Positions 1-8,726 of a stretch of 64,000 nucleotides of DNA are shown in pieces. The stretch comes from a virus. Position 1 is the stretch's first letter; each line of letters begins with the position of its first letter. A program made the position numbers and the translations under genes. The stretch spans positions 6,447 through 70,446 of IMG/VR virus record IMGVR_UViG_3300009159_005447. The stretch is one strand, 5' to 3'. The notes below the pieces were generated by a model, which saw nothing but the letters and a program-made list of their open reading frames with translations, did no database searches and had not been told where the DNA came from.

Positions 1-952
1 CAATCAGTTCGGCACCATCAGCCCAATCCGGACGCTGAATCACAGTGCCGTTTACCATTGTGGCAACAGCCGCAGCCTGCATATCCTGTGGCCATACACT
101 GCCAATGCTAGTTGGTACGGGATTACCTAGTCCTGCTGCCGCAGTGCCTACTATAACAATAGCACCGCCGAAGTCTTTGGGCAAGTTCATTAGACTTACA
201 CTCTTAGATTTCTGACTCCAGTCAATCCAAATACGCCCCAGGTTGTCTGTGGTAATGGGACCAAACTTTGGTATACGCATTTTCTCTACACCATTTTCAG
301 ACAACTTAACCTGAAAGGTGCTGTCGCCTGCGGCTAGTCGTAAAGTTTCCATTGCCAGGCTAGGATATAGTTTTTCTTCAACACTGACAATCAATGGTAA
401 ACGACGATTTACACCATCCACTTCGGGCAGTGTATTAACAATACCAACACCGTAGGCATTGTTTTCTAACACAGGCACGTTGGCAATCAATCCTGGATAC
501 TGAACAATTTGATCTAGAAATTCAGGGCCTAATACAGCGGCACCCGGGTTCCTTGGACTATTACGTGTACGGTCACTGGGCACACTGGGCAATATAACTG
601 GATAATGTTTTAGTGTAGATGCAAGCCGAGCATCCTGCCCGCTTCTGTCCGGGTTGGGCATAAGCACGTTAAACACAACCAAGCCAGCATTACGTGCATA
701 TAGGTCTTCAATGATCTTAGCGTATTCTCCGCGGGGCAAAGGCCATTGTCCAAATTTAGTAAGACTATCTTCGTCGATGTTTACGGTGTAGATGTTATTT
801 TCCGTGGCTTCTTTACTGACAATTAGTGTATCAAAATATCGCAGTCTTACACTTTCAATGAAAGTAGGATCTGCAATTCTAACACCCAATACCAGCGCCA
901 ATGTAAGCAATGCTGTCCAAGGACTAATTAATATTTTTTTAAGGTTGTTCAT
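1..952 (-). CDS. CHASE2-domain membrane sensor, probably an adenylate/guanylate cyclase; runs off the window edge
   Basis: Not in ORF track (truncated). Manual translation from ATG at 952: MNNLKKILISPWTALLTLALVLGVRIADP...VNIDEDSLTKFGQWPLPRGEYAKIIEDL...NVLMPNPDR, matching the CHASE2 IDExSL..G.WP..R motif. A cyclase domain would lie outside the window. Confidence 0.75.
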   Translation of the reverse strand, partial: MNNLKKILISPWTALLTLALVLGVRIADPTFIESVRLRYFDTLIVSKEATENNIYTVNIDEDSLTKFGQWPLPRGEYAKIIEDLYARNAGLVVFNVLMPNPDRSGQDARLASTLKHYPVILPSVPSDRTRNSPRNPGAAVLGPEFLDQIVQYPGLIANVPVLENNAYGVGIVNTLPEVDGVNRRLPLIVSVEEKLYPSLAMETLRLAAGDSTFQVKLSENGVEKMRIPKFGPITTDNLGRIWIDWSQKSKSVSLMNLPKDFGGAIVIVGTAAAGLGNPVPTSIGSVWPQDMQAAAVATMVNGTVIQRPDWADGAELI

Positions 953-960
953 TGATTTAA

Positions 961-1266
961 TTATATGAAGGGTTTGTCGGTGTACAAGAATTGACTTCTA
1001 TGGCCAGTGCCCAGGATACAGGCAATGCCATCACTGTACTGAATAAGACTCCAAGTTCCTGTTTTTTGGTTGTGGGTCAAATAAAAATTGCTAATATCAT
1101 CTGCGCCTGCCCAGGCCGGTTGTTCTTTGTATTGTTCTCCTGTTACTGTTTCAATGATTGTTTTTAAATCAGAACAAACAACAGGCTTGTTAAGTTGTAT
1201 AATTTCCCGGGCGTTGGCTATTGGGCTGACTAAGCAGAATAGGAACGCCAGTGCTAGGTTACGCAT
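961..1266 (-). CDS. hypothetical secreted protein
   Basis: Signal-peptide-like N-terminus; SD AAGGAG and TATAAATA upstream. Confidence 0.7.
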   Translation of the reverse strand: MRNLALAFLFCLVSPIANAREIIQLNKPVVCSDLKTIIETVTGEQYKEQPAWAGADDISNFYLTHNQKTGTWSLIQYSDGIACILGTGHRSQFLYTDKPFI

Positions 1267-1287
1267 TTCTGGCTCCTTGTAAAGTAA

Positions 1288-1295
1288 TATTTATA
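1288..1295 (-). promoter_or_regulatory. T4-type late promoter TATAAATA
   Basis: Exact T4 late consensus just upstream of the 961..1266 gene; TAAATA cores recur before many other genes. Confidence 0.6.
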
Positions 1296-1329
1296 GGCTA
1301 CTGCTCGAGGTAGTAGCACAATTAAAAAC

Positions 1330-1812
1330 TTATCTCAGAAGCATAGCAACACTAAACGCATATAGCGGTATTGCTATTGCTGAAAAACTTATAAAAATTA
1401 AGGCTCTATCAATCAAGTCAGATTGCGCTTTAATTTTAGCATTTTTAATGTCTGCTTCTATTTTAGCACGTTCTTTATACAATCTGACACGTTCAGCCAT
1501 CATATGATCCCAGACATCTTTGTTGCCTGAATATATTAACATTTCTTTAAGATCTTTTTCAGCATCACGCAAGGCTTTGCTTTGCATAGCAATTTGTATC
1601 GACATTGCCCTAATCTGTCCGTCAGTGAGAACATTTTTGCTATTCTGTGCTTTTATGTTGGCAGAGTGTATTGTATCACTGTTTTCAAAAAATTTGGCAA
1701 ATTGCCCGTAGAGGCTGTTGACATCCTTGCCCAAAGCAATGGCTTTTTTAATATAGCCCACTGATTGCTGTGCGGCTGTAAACGCAATACCAATGGTGAC
1801 AGGATCAAGCAT
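1330..1812 (-). CDS. hypothetical coiled-coil protein with C-terminal transmembrane helix
   Basis: 160 aa; MLDPVTI start, hydrophobic C-terminus; overlaps upstream ORF. Confidence 0.7.
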   Translation of the reverse strand: MLDPVTIGIAFTAAQQSVGYIKKAIALGKDVNSLYGQFAKFFENSDTIHSANIKAQNSKNVLTDGQIRAMSIQIAMQSKALRDAEKDLKEMLIYSGNKDVWDHMMAERVRLYKERAKIEADIKNAKIKAQSDLIDRALIFISFSAIAIPLYAFSVAMLLR

Positions 1813-1963
1813 TTTTCTTGGGCTCCTTATCCTTGGGCGGAGGTTTAGTCCATTCTAAACATACAACTCTACGATTATAAACATCGCCTGACCACGTCCA
1901 CTTTACACATCTAGGCTGATCTAGTACTGCACCAAGCATTATTAATAGTCCAGAAAACATCAT
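1805..1963 (-). CDS. small hypothetical protein (likely start MMFSGLL)
   Basis: ATGA overlap with upstream curlin-repeat gene; hydrophobic N-terminus, one Cys pair. Confidence 0.55.
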   Translation of the reverse strand: MMFSGLLIMLGAVLDQPRCVKWTWSGDVYNRRVVCLEWTKPPPKDKEPKKNA

Positions 1964-3087
1964 TGGCCTTGTACCACAGTGATCTTGGCACATCCGCCGG
2001 CAGTGGCACAATTAAATTGGATGGCGTATGTTTGTGGTGAGGACCCAGACTGTGACAATGACAAATCAACTGGCATTCCAGTTAATCCTATTTTAGTTGA
2101 ATGGTTCCCTGAACCTTGTTGTAGCACATCTACATTTTTTTGGCCGCCAGTCAACGTAATCTCGGCATAGTGATTACCAGAGTCTTTTTGCTGTAGCAAC
2201 ACACTATTGTTGTTGTCTTGGATCTTTACGTAGGCGCCCTTATAACCGCCGGTACTTTGCTGTGTAATGTTGGCATTATTTCCATTGCCTGTTATAGCAA
2301 GTTCGGTATAGTTGACCATTGTGCTAGCATTGCCTGTTTGATTTATGCTAACGTTATTATTAGAACCGTTGCCTTCGTAACGAACAGCATTGTTTCGGGT
2401 GCCAGATTGATTTACCGAAATAGTATTGCCATTGCCAATTTGTTCTATATAGACCTGAGTGTTATTGGTAGTACGATTAACAAAGGTATTACGTCTAGTA
2501 GTCCATTGTGTATCTGGGGATATTGCCACACCCGACTGTCCACCACAGCACAGACTAGGTGCCGCAGGTGCCGCTGTTTGTCCAGCAGTCAGTGGCTCAG
2601 TGGAATAATTACTAGCATAACTATTAGCTTGTGCCATTGTGGGGTTCAGTGTGCCAGTCCAGGTCACCCCGCTGGTGTTAGCCATACCAGAACTACCGCT
2701 GAATAGTTGTCCTGTATCGTTGTCATTGCCTACAAAGAAGAAATAGTCTGAGCCCATATTGACAATATGACCAGTGCCCATATTTGTTTTGGCAACACCA
2801 TTACTGCCATATTGTACAGCCAGCCACGGATTGTTAGCATCTTTATGTTCGTTAGACTGGAACTGTATATAATCACCTGCGGCCCATTGTATTTGTCCAC
2901 TGGTCCACGGTATTTTATACGCCGTTCCTGGATTCTTGCTGTAGATTTGACAGGTGCTTGTAGTAGTACAAGCACTAACATTCCATTGACTATCCGCAAT
3001 CTGGTATCTGCCAAACTTAATATCAGTGAGTGCGGCAAAAGCATTACCGCATAACAATAGTAGCAATAAGAATATTGTTTTCATCAT
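1960..3087 (-). CDS. secreted curlin-repeat protein (CsgB/CsgA-like C-terminal repeats, distinct N-terminal domain)
   Basis: Signal peptide; repeats of type QxGxxNxxxxxQ (YIEQIGNGNTISVNQSG, SINQTGN, DVLQQGSGNH). Confidence 0.75.
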   Translation of the reverse strand: MMKTIFLLLLLLCGNAFAALTDIKFGRYQIADSQWNVSACTTTSTCQIYSKNPGTAYKIPWTSGQIQWAAGDYIQFQSNEHKDANNPWLAVQYGSNGVAKTNMGTGHIVNMGSDYFFFVGNDNDTGQLFSGSSGMANTSGVTWTGTLNPTMAQANSYASNYSTEPLTAGQTAAPAAPSLCCGGQSGVAISPDTQWTTRRNTFVNRTTNNTQVYIEQIGNGNTISVNQSGTRNNAVRYEGNGSNNNVSINQTGNASTMVNYTELAITGNGNNANITQQSTGGYKGAYVKIQDNNNSVLLQQKDSGNHYAEITLTGGQKNVDVLQQGSGNHSTKIGLTGMPVDLSLSQSGSSPQTYAIQFNCATAGGCAKITVVQGQ

Positions 3088-4184
3088 TTAACATTTCTTC
3101 GCAGTCCCGAGTTTTGCTTTATGTAAACAACATTGCCACCGGGCGATCCGTCGCCAATCAATTCAGACGCCGCAGAATCATTGTGAACTACAGTGATTAA
3201 AGTATTTGATGAATAACCTTGTGTTTTTACTTCGGCATAATGTTCGTTTTCTGTGTTACGGTATGCTATGCCCTTACCTCTGGCTGACAATTCGCCTTCG
3301 CTTTTTTCCCACAGAACGCAAACAGTTGTTGTGGCGTTACAACTTGTATCTATTTTGTAACTGTTGGCTGCAATAATCTTTGCTTGCTCTTCGGTATCTT
3401 GTTTTTTGATTTTCTCACCTAGTCTACGTGCTTGCTCTTGCTCTTCTTGTTCTTGATCTTGATCTTTTTTAGTTTTACCACTTTGCGTATTAATGGCTCG
3501 CACAATCTCCATTGGCTTTACAATGATTAAGTTATTTGATATTTTTGATTCAGTCATATTCATTACCACAGGCGGCGTAGGCGGCAAATTGCTACTTGCC
3601 ACAAACGTTCCTTGGAATGCGTGATCCAATACAACCTTGCCCGCTGATGTTTCTACTTCAATACTGCCCACACGGCATTTGTTTTCTTCTAGTTCGTATT
3701 CTTTTACTTTTTCGCCTTCTTTACAACTAGGAACTAACACTATCAATGACTGTCCTGTTTCGTCAACTGTCATTGTAAAATCTGTGCCGCGAACGGCAAC
3801 ACTGGCGGTGGGTGTTTTTATTGCTACCTGCTGTGCATTTGTTTTTGCTATTTGACCGCTGGCATAGCGGACGGTGCCCATACCCACTTTAAGTGCTAAC
3901 TTACCTGCATCGCTTTTCTTTGGATCAAAGACAAAATCATCAATTAGAAGGCGACTGTTTTCTGTTATTTTTACTTTTGTATCATCTACAAAGGATAATT
4001 GAACACTGCCATTTTTTGTAGTGTAGATATCGTTACTTTCGATACCGGCGCCTTTGGTACCCGCAACTTTATCTTTGCCGCGAGTTATTTCTCCGGGTGC
4101 CCCTGTTGATTCGGCCACATTGCCAATGCCCGCCCAGGCACTAGCACTTGCAAATAAGCACAAAAATAACACAAGACTACGCAT
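3084..4184 (-). CDS. secreted FecR-domain protein
   Basis: Signal peptide; FecR-like motifs 'LSFVDDTKVKITENSRL' and 'IKTPTASVAVRGTDFTMTV'. Confidence 0.8.
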   Translation of the reverse strand: MRSLVLFLCLFASASAWAGIGNVAESTGAPGEITRGKDKVAGTKGAGIESNDIYTTKNGSVQLSFVDDTKVKITENSRLLIDDFVFDPKKSDAGKLALKVGMGTVRYASGQIAKTNAQQVAIKTPTASVAVRGTDFTMTVDETGQSLIVLVPSCKEGEKVKEYELEENKCRVGSIEVETSAGKVVLDHAFQGTFVASSNLPPTPPVVMNMTESKISNNLIIVKPMEIVRAINTQSGKTKKDQDQEQEEQEQARRLGEKIKKQDTEEQAKIIAANSYKIDTSCNATTTVCVLWEKSEGELSARGKGIAYRNTENEHYAEVKTQGYSSNTLITVVHNDSAASELIGDGSPGGNVVYIKQNSGLRRNVK

Positions 4185-4185
4185 A

Positions 4186-4953
4186 TTACCTTGCTATTGC
4201 GGTTCTTGGATTTGTTATTGTACTGGCACTGCTGGTACGAACAGTGATGGTGTTATTGTCACCGGTGGTTTTAATGTCAATAGTGGTATCGTTAGTACCT
4301 TGCTGTTGAGTCATTATGCTGTTGCTACTACCACTGATTATTTGTTTTAAGAAATGTCCATTGGCACCACTGGCATCAAACTGTTCAATGTCAAGTTTAT
4401 TGCCACCGCCCGTGATACTAATGTCACTTATACCATTGGAACTTTTTAAGTCTTTGGTAATAACGTTAGTGCTACCCGTAATAGCCAAAGTACTTTGGAT
4501 ATCACTGCCAATGATATTTTGAACAACGGTGTTACTATCACCAGTGATAGTTTCAGTGATTTTGTTACGCAAATTACTTGCGTTGGTACTATCGCCCACT
4601 GTTAACTTAGTGCTATTGTTATTGCCGGTAACAGTACTGGTATACTCGTTATTATTACCTTTAATATTGTATTGGCCTAAATTGTTATCGCCCTTTTGAA
4701 TCATCGCGACGGTATTGCTATTACCGTTGATAGTAGCATAGTTGGTATTACTTGCTGTGACATTGGCAATACCGCCGACAGTGTTAGTGCCGCCGGTTTG
4801 CTCTATTGTCACAGTATTGGTGTTACCAATCTGTTCAATGTAAACTTTGTTAGGGCCCGTGGAAGTATTTAATACTTGCGCCATACCTGATCCTGTTAGC
4901 AATAGTAATGCTAACCCTGAAAGCACCTTATTATATTTTTTATAATGCTTCAT
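4186..4953 (-). CDS. secreted curlin-repeat protein (CsgA/CsgB-like)
   Basis: Signal peptide; about 9 N/T/G-rich repeats (YIEQIGNTNTVTIEQTG, IQKGDNN, QQQGTND). Confidence 0.8.
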   Translation of the reverse strand: MKHYKKYNKVLSGLALLLLTGSGMAQVLNTSTGPNKVYIEQIGNTNTVTIEQTGGTNTVGGIANVTASNTNYATINGNSNTVAMIQKGDNNLGQYNIKGNNNEYTSTVTGNNNSTKLTVGDSTNASNLRNKITETITGDSNTVVQNIIGSDIQSTLAITGSTNVITKDLKSSNGISDISITGGGNKLDIEQFDASGANGHFLKQIISGSSNSIMTQQQGTNDTTIDIKTTGDNNTITVRTSSASTITNPRTAIAR

Positions 4954-4961
4954 CTAATTTC

Positions 4962-5085
4962 AATAATTAGTTATTGTTCCTAATTATTCTCCTTGGGTTG
5001 TTTGCTACCTGCAAACCTAACTTTCGACCTACTACGCTTTTAGATATTTGCCAGACTGTAGGTCACTTGTCATCTGGCAAACATA
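4962..5085 (-). promoter_or_regulatory. structured intergenic leader of the curlin gene (H-type pseudoknot plus SD-bridging hairpin)
   Basis: Stem TTTGCCAGA/TCTGGCAAA; loop GACCTAC pairs with downstream GTAGGTC; 9-bp hairpin AATAATTAG/CTAATTATT between AAGGAG and ATG. Confidence 0.55.
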
Positions 5086-5087
5086 TT

Positions 5088-6113
5088 TTATTTTTCTTCT
5101 TCTCCAAAGATTTTAACTGCAAGTCCTGTGACTTCGTCTTTAATTGTGTATGTGAGTCCTGTGACTCGCTTAGTAAATTTTCCCCAGAAACCTTCAGTTT
5201 CAGTTCTTTCATTATTTTTGCTGACGTTGGGCTTAGGTGGTGGGGCTGTAACTTCGGTGGTGTCTTTAGGTGGGGCTTTCTCTTGAACCAACTCATTCTT
5301 TTTCTCCTCCTGTTTAAAGTTCCAGTGCCCTTTACGAGCACCTTCGCGAATGGTATCTACAACGGCTGCCTGTATAGCCAGGCTAGTTGCTTTGTTAATG
5401 CTTTCATTGATGCTTGCTCCAATCTCAGCTTCAACTGCACTGGTGCCATCTTGGGCAAATCTCAACAAGCCTGCTTTGTCCATATAACTTAGTACCGTCT
5501 TTGTGACGGTTACACTGGTTAGTACTTCTCCGGTGCTAACACTTACTGTTCTTAAATTAACTGTAACAGTATCGCTTTGGTATTGTGTACTAGTACCAAT
5601 GCCCAATACCCTTACACCACTGCCACCAGTTAAGGTATTCGAGTCATAGCCAACGATGCCGCCTTCAACAATGACGCCGGCAAATACCATTGGTGGTAAA
5701 GGTTGAGCATCGCGTCCTTGGTATTGCTCACGTGCTTGGCGTATCATCTGTCTTTCTTTAATGATATTATCCAAGCCAACTCTTTCTAGTACAAGAAACC
5801 ATTTGGCGTCGCCTACATCTTGTAATGCTTTGATTAAATAACTTTCTGCACCTTGTGTGACTGCTGAACTTAAACTGGCAATGTTTTGAATGCTTTTACG
5901 CTGGCCTGTTTTGTCTGTAAATCCGTAGACAGCAATAGTAATTGGACCACCTGCAGGCGCAAGCAATTTGTTGTCATCTTTTTTTAGATAAACATTTTGC
6001 TCCACAATCGGTTCGTCAAATTGGTTGCCCGTAATTAACTTACGAGTACTGCTACTTATAGCACACCCCGATAATATTGTCACCGCCAGTAATAGAAATA
6101 ATATTTTTTTCAT
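5088..6113 (-). CDS. csgG: curli secretion channel CsgG-like lipoprotein
   Basis: Lipobox LSGC; AVYGFTDKTGQRK, SSAVTQGA, WFLVLERVGLDNIIKERQMIR, GGIVGYDSN, VTVNLRTVSVSTGEVL. Confidence 0.9.
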   Translation of the reverse strand: MKKILFLLLAVTILSGCAISSSTRKLITGNQFDEPIVEQNVYLKKDDNKLLAPAGGPITIAVYGFTDKTGQRKSIQNIASLSSAVTQGAESYLIKALQDVGDAKWFLVLERVGLDNIIKERQMIRQAREQYQGRDAQPLPPMVFAGVIVEGGIVGYDSNTLTGGSGVRVLGIGTSTQYQSDTVTVNLRTVSVSTGEVLTSVTVTKTVLSYMDKAGLLRFAQDGTSAVEAEIGASINESINKATSLAIQAAVVDTIREGARKGHWNFKQEEKKNELVQEKAPPKDTTEVTAPPPKPNVSKNNERTETEGFWGKFTKRVTGLTYTIKDEVTGLAVKIFGEEEK

Positions 6114-6604
6114 TAGAAATAGAACGTCCCTGCTGGTACTTTCATAGTAGTATTTTGTGAAGGGTTGCTATTATTTGTAATATTAATAATAATCAGACCG
6201 TTGTCAGATCCGTCACCTAATTTCCAAGTAATAGTGTTGCCTCCTAAATCCGGAATAGACCCACAAACAATACCTTTGGTTGTACAGGTTGATCCTTCAC
6301 CAAACATACTGTCTGTTAATTGTTTTGCTAATTGGCTATAAATCCTTGCTTCTAAATTAGCCAAGAATTTTGCTTGGGGAGTGTTTAATGCTTCAGCTTC
6401 TACCTTTGCTTTTAGTGTGTCGGACAGTGCTTTATTTTTATCTTTTTGTAGATCTTCTAATTGTTTTAGTGTTAGTACGTGACTACTGTACCCTGATCCA
6501 CTGAATGCAGGACTATTAAACTGATGTGACAATTCGGCTCCGTGACTACACACGGCAACTAATAGCGCAGCCGAAATGAAAAGTTCTTTGACTTTTTTGA
6601 TCAT
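6113..6604 (-). CDS. csgF: curli assembly protein CsgF-like
   Basis: Signal peptide followed by 'ELSHQFNSPAFSG' (CsgF FxNPxFGG-like); adjacent to csgG. Confidence 0.75.
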   Translation of the reverse strand: MIKKVKELFISAALLVAVCSHGAELSHQFNSPAFSGSGYSSHVLTLKQLEDLQKDKNKALSDTLKAKVEAEALNTPQAKFLANLEARIYSQLAKQLTDSMFGEGSTCTTKGIVCGSIPDLGGNTITWKLGDGSDNGLIIINITNNSNPSQNTTMKVPAGTFYF

Positions 6605-6671
6605 TGTACATCTCCTTACACTTATTTACTAGTACTTCGTCCGAAATTCTAATGTATTATTGTGCTAGATC

Positions 6672-6700
6672 AAAAAAAAGCCCTACAATGTAGGGCTTTT
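6672..6700 (-). terminator. intrinsic terminator
   Basis: AAAGCCCTACA/TGTAGGGCTTT hairpin with U-tract, after ahpD. Confidence 0.75.
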
Positions 6701-6722
6701 ATACAGTATAAAGTAGGTTAAT

Positions 6723-7229
6723 TCAACTGTTTAATACCTTAGCAACACTATTCATTACGCTGGCAATACGACCAATGTCACGAAGTTGTTCCACAGTATA
6801 GCCTTCCTTTTTGAGTGTTTCATAATGTGCTTTCACACAGAAATGACACTTTCCAACAATACTAGCTGCCAGACTAAATGCTTCAAAGTTTGATTTGGTA
6901 GTTCCACCGTGGCTTGCAATGGCATTCATACGCAACTGAGCAGGCAATCCCTTAAGGGCAGGATCATCGGCCATTTCAACGTAGGGATACCATACGTTGT
7001 TCTGTGCCATAATGCTAGCGGCTGTCATTGCACTGTCAGCAAACACAGGAGCATCTGCTAGCAAGACTGCAAGGACTTTACCGTTGCCGGTTGCGGCCAA
7101 TGCGGCTACAGCACAGCCCATAGCAACATCCGTATCCAATGTACTACGCACCAGAACAGCATCAAGATTTAACTTGGTGTCCTTTGCGTAGTCGGGCAAT
7201 GCACCTTTAATTGCATCAATAAATGACAT
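6723..7229 (-). CDS. ahpD: alkylhydroperoxidase AhpD
   Basis: LPDYAKDTKLNL, MAQNNVWY, SIVGKCHFCVKAH (CxxC). Confidence 0.9.
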   Translation of the reverse strand: MSFIDAIKGALPDYAKDTKLNLDAVLVRSTLDTDVAMGCAVAALAATGNGKVLAVLLADAPVFADSAMTAASIMAQNNVWYPYVEMADDPALKGLPAQLRMNAIASHGGTTKSNFEAFSLAASIVGKCHFCVKAHYETLKKEGYTVEQLRDIGRIASVMNSVAKVLNS

Positions 7230-7771
7230 TATAGCGTCTCTCCGCCTACAGTACGGTTACAAGCACATAGTTCGCCAGTTTGTAGTGCATCCAATACACG
7301 AAGTGTTTCTTCTGGGCTACGACCAACGTTCAAGTTGTTGACAGTAACGTGTTGGATAACGTTATCTGGGTCAACGATGAATGTGGCACGTAATGCCGCG
7401 CCTGCTGGAGCATAGAATACACCAAGCTGGTCAATCAGTGACTTGTTCCAATCGCGAGAGGTGTCTGCAAACTGATTGTGTGTGATCTTAATAAGATCTG
7501 GATGACTTTTTTGCCACGCAACTTTGCAAAACTCGTTGTCTGTGCTGCCTGTTAACAGAACTGCGTCACGGTCTTCAAAGTCTTTAGACAATTTGTCGTA
7601 GGCCACAATTTCTGTAGGGCAGACAAAGGTAAAGTCTTTAGGATAATAGACAATCACTTTCCATTTGCCCGGGAAGCTGTTTTCTGTAATGTCAAAGAAT
7701 GCATCTTCTGGCTGGCCTGGCTTAACGCCTGTGACTGTAAATTCGTCTAATTTATCACCAACTGTTTTCAT
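7229..7771 (-). CDS. ahpC: peroxiredoxin AhpC
   Basis: YYPKDFTFVCPTE peroxidatic motif; GRSPEETLRVLDALQTGELC. Confidence 0.95.
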   Translation of the reverse strand: MKTVGDKLDEFTVTGVKPGQPEDAFFDITENSFPGKWKVIVYYPKDFTFVCPTEIVAYDKLSKDFEDRDAVLLTGSTDNEFCKVAWQKSHPDLIKITHNQFADTSRDWNKSLIDQLGVFYAPAGAALRATFIVDPDNVIQHVTVNNLNVGRSPEETLRVLDALQTGELCACNRTVGGETL

Positions 7772-7846
7772 TTTGTTTTTCCTTCAAGTTAAGTTATTCT
7801 TAAATTGTACACTACTAGTGCAGGAAAAACAACTTTTTTGGAGAAA

Positions 7847-8029
7847 TTACTCAATGACTTCGGGGCAACAATGATAAAACCTTAATAAGAATTCTGTCAT
7901 TATTATCCCATTTGGTACCCAAAATCGTATCCGGTTTAAATGAAATTCACATCTCAGCTGATTTTCAACTATCCATTCGACAACAGCGATGCGATTTATA
8001 TCGTGTGTGTAAATGCAATATTGTTTCAT
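7847..8029 (-). CDS. small hypothetical protein (resembles the FxL(K/R)W family)
   Basis: 60 aa; VVEWIVEN...TEFLLRF. Confidence 0.55.
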   Translation of the reverse strand: MKQYCIYTHDINRIAVVEWIVENQLRCEFHLNRIRFWVPNGIIMTEFLLRFYHCCPEVIE

Positions 8030-8050
8030 AAAACGAAACTATTTGCAAAT

Positions 8051-8665
8051 TTATTCCGTTTTAAAGGTACCGTTGAACATAGGGTGATTGTATTCGGCTG
8101 GAGTGCTACTAAAAACGTGCAACGGTAATACAAACAAGTCGGAGTCGCCGGTACTAAAATGATGCGGAATCATCTTATCTAGTAGAAGTACCATCCCGGG
8201 TGTTAGATCGTAATCTACAGTACGACCCGATGCTCCAATGTGACTTGTACCTTGCCCTGCAAGAACATAAACTACTCGAACTGTAGAATGTATGTGGTGA
8301 GCTTGCTCGCTGGAGTGTGGGGGAATCATTAACATTTGCCAGGTTGGGTCACCGATACGATTTGGGTTAATCAATTGCTTAGAACTGCATCCATTAATAT
8401 AGGGCAAGTCTGTATATCTGCTAAATGTGCTGGATCTAGTTTCTGGACGATAGCCAAAAATTTCAATGCATACGGTGTCGCTGTAGAAATCTGCATCTTG
8501 CGTTCCGGCATATACTGTGTTGTTATCTTTGATAAACCAGTAACTATTGTATTTGTTAACAGGTATGTTATGTTGCCCTACATATACTCTATAGGCGTAA
8601 AGATCGTGGTCCTTTGACTCGATAATTTCGGGCGTTGAAATGTTGTGAAACGTGTAACCTAGCAT
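8051..8665 (-). CDS. cupin-domain protein
   Basis: HHIHSTVRVVYVLAGQG and LTPGMVLLLDKMIPHHF cupin motifs; likely start MLGYTF. Confidence 0.75.
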   Translation of the reverse strand: MLGYTFHNISTPEIIESKDHDLYAYRVYVGQHNIPVNKYNSYWFIKDNNTVYAGTQDADFYSDTVCIEIFGYRPETRSSTFSRYTDLPYINGCSSKQLINPNRIGDPTWQMLMIPPHSSEQAHHIHSTVRVVYVLAGQGTSHIGASGRTVDYDLTPGMVLLLDKMIPHHFSTGDSDLFVLPLHVFSSTPAEYNHPMFNGTFKTE

Positions 8666-8726
8666 TGTTCTTTCCAATCTAAAATAATATTTACCATAGT
8701 GAAGTTTGGGCAATTTTTTTGGGTAG

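Noticed and set aside
4974-5492. ORFs 4974..5492(+) and 5063..5341(-) overlapping the csgG 3' end
   Set aside because: The plus ORF is an antisense shadow. The minus ORF has an AGGAG-led internal ATG (MSWFKRKP) and cannot be fully excluded, but it overlaps csgG almost entirely and has no other support
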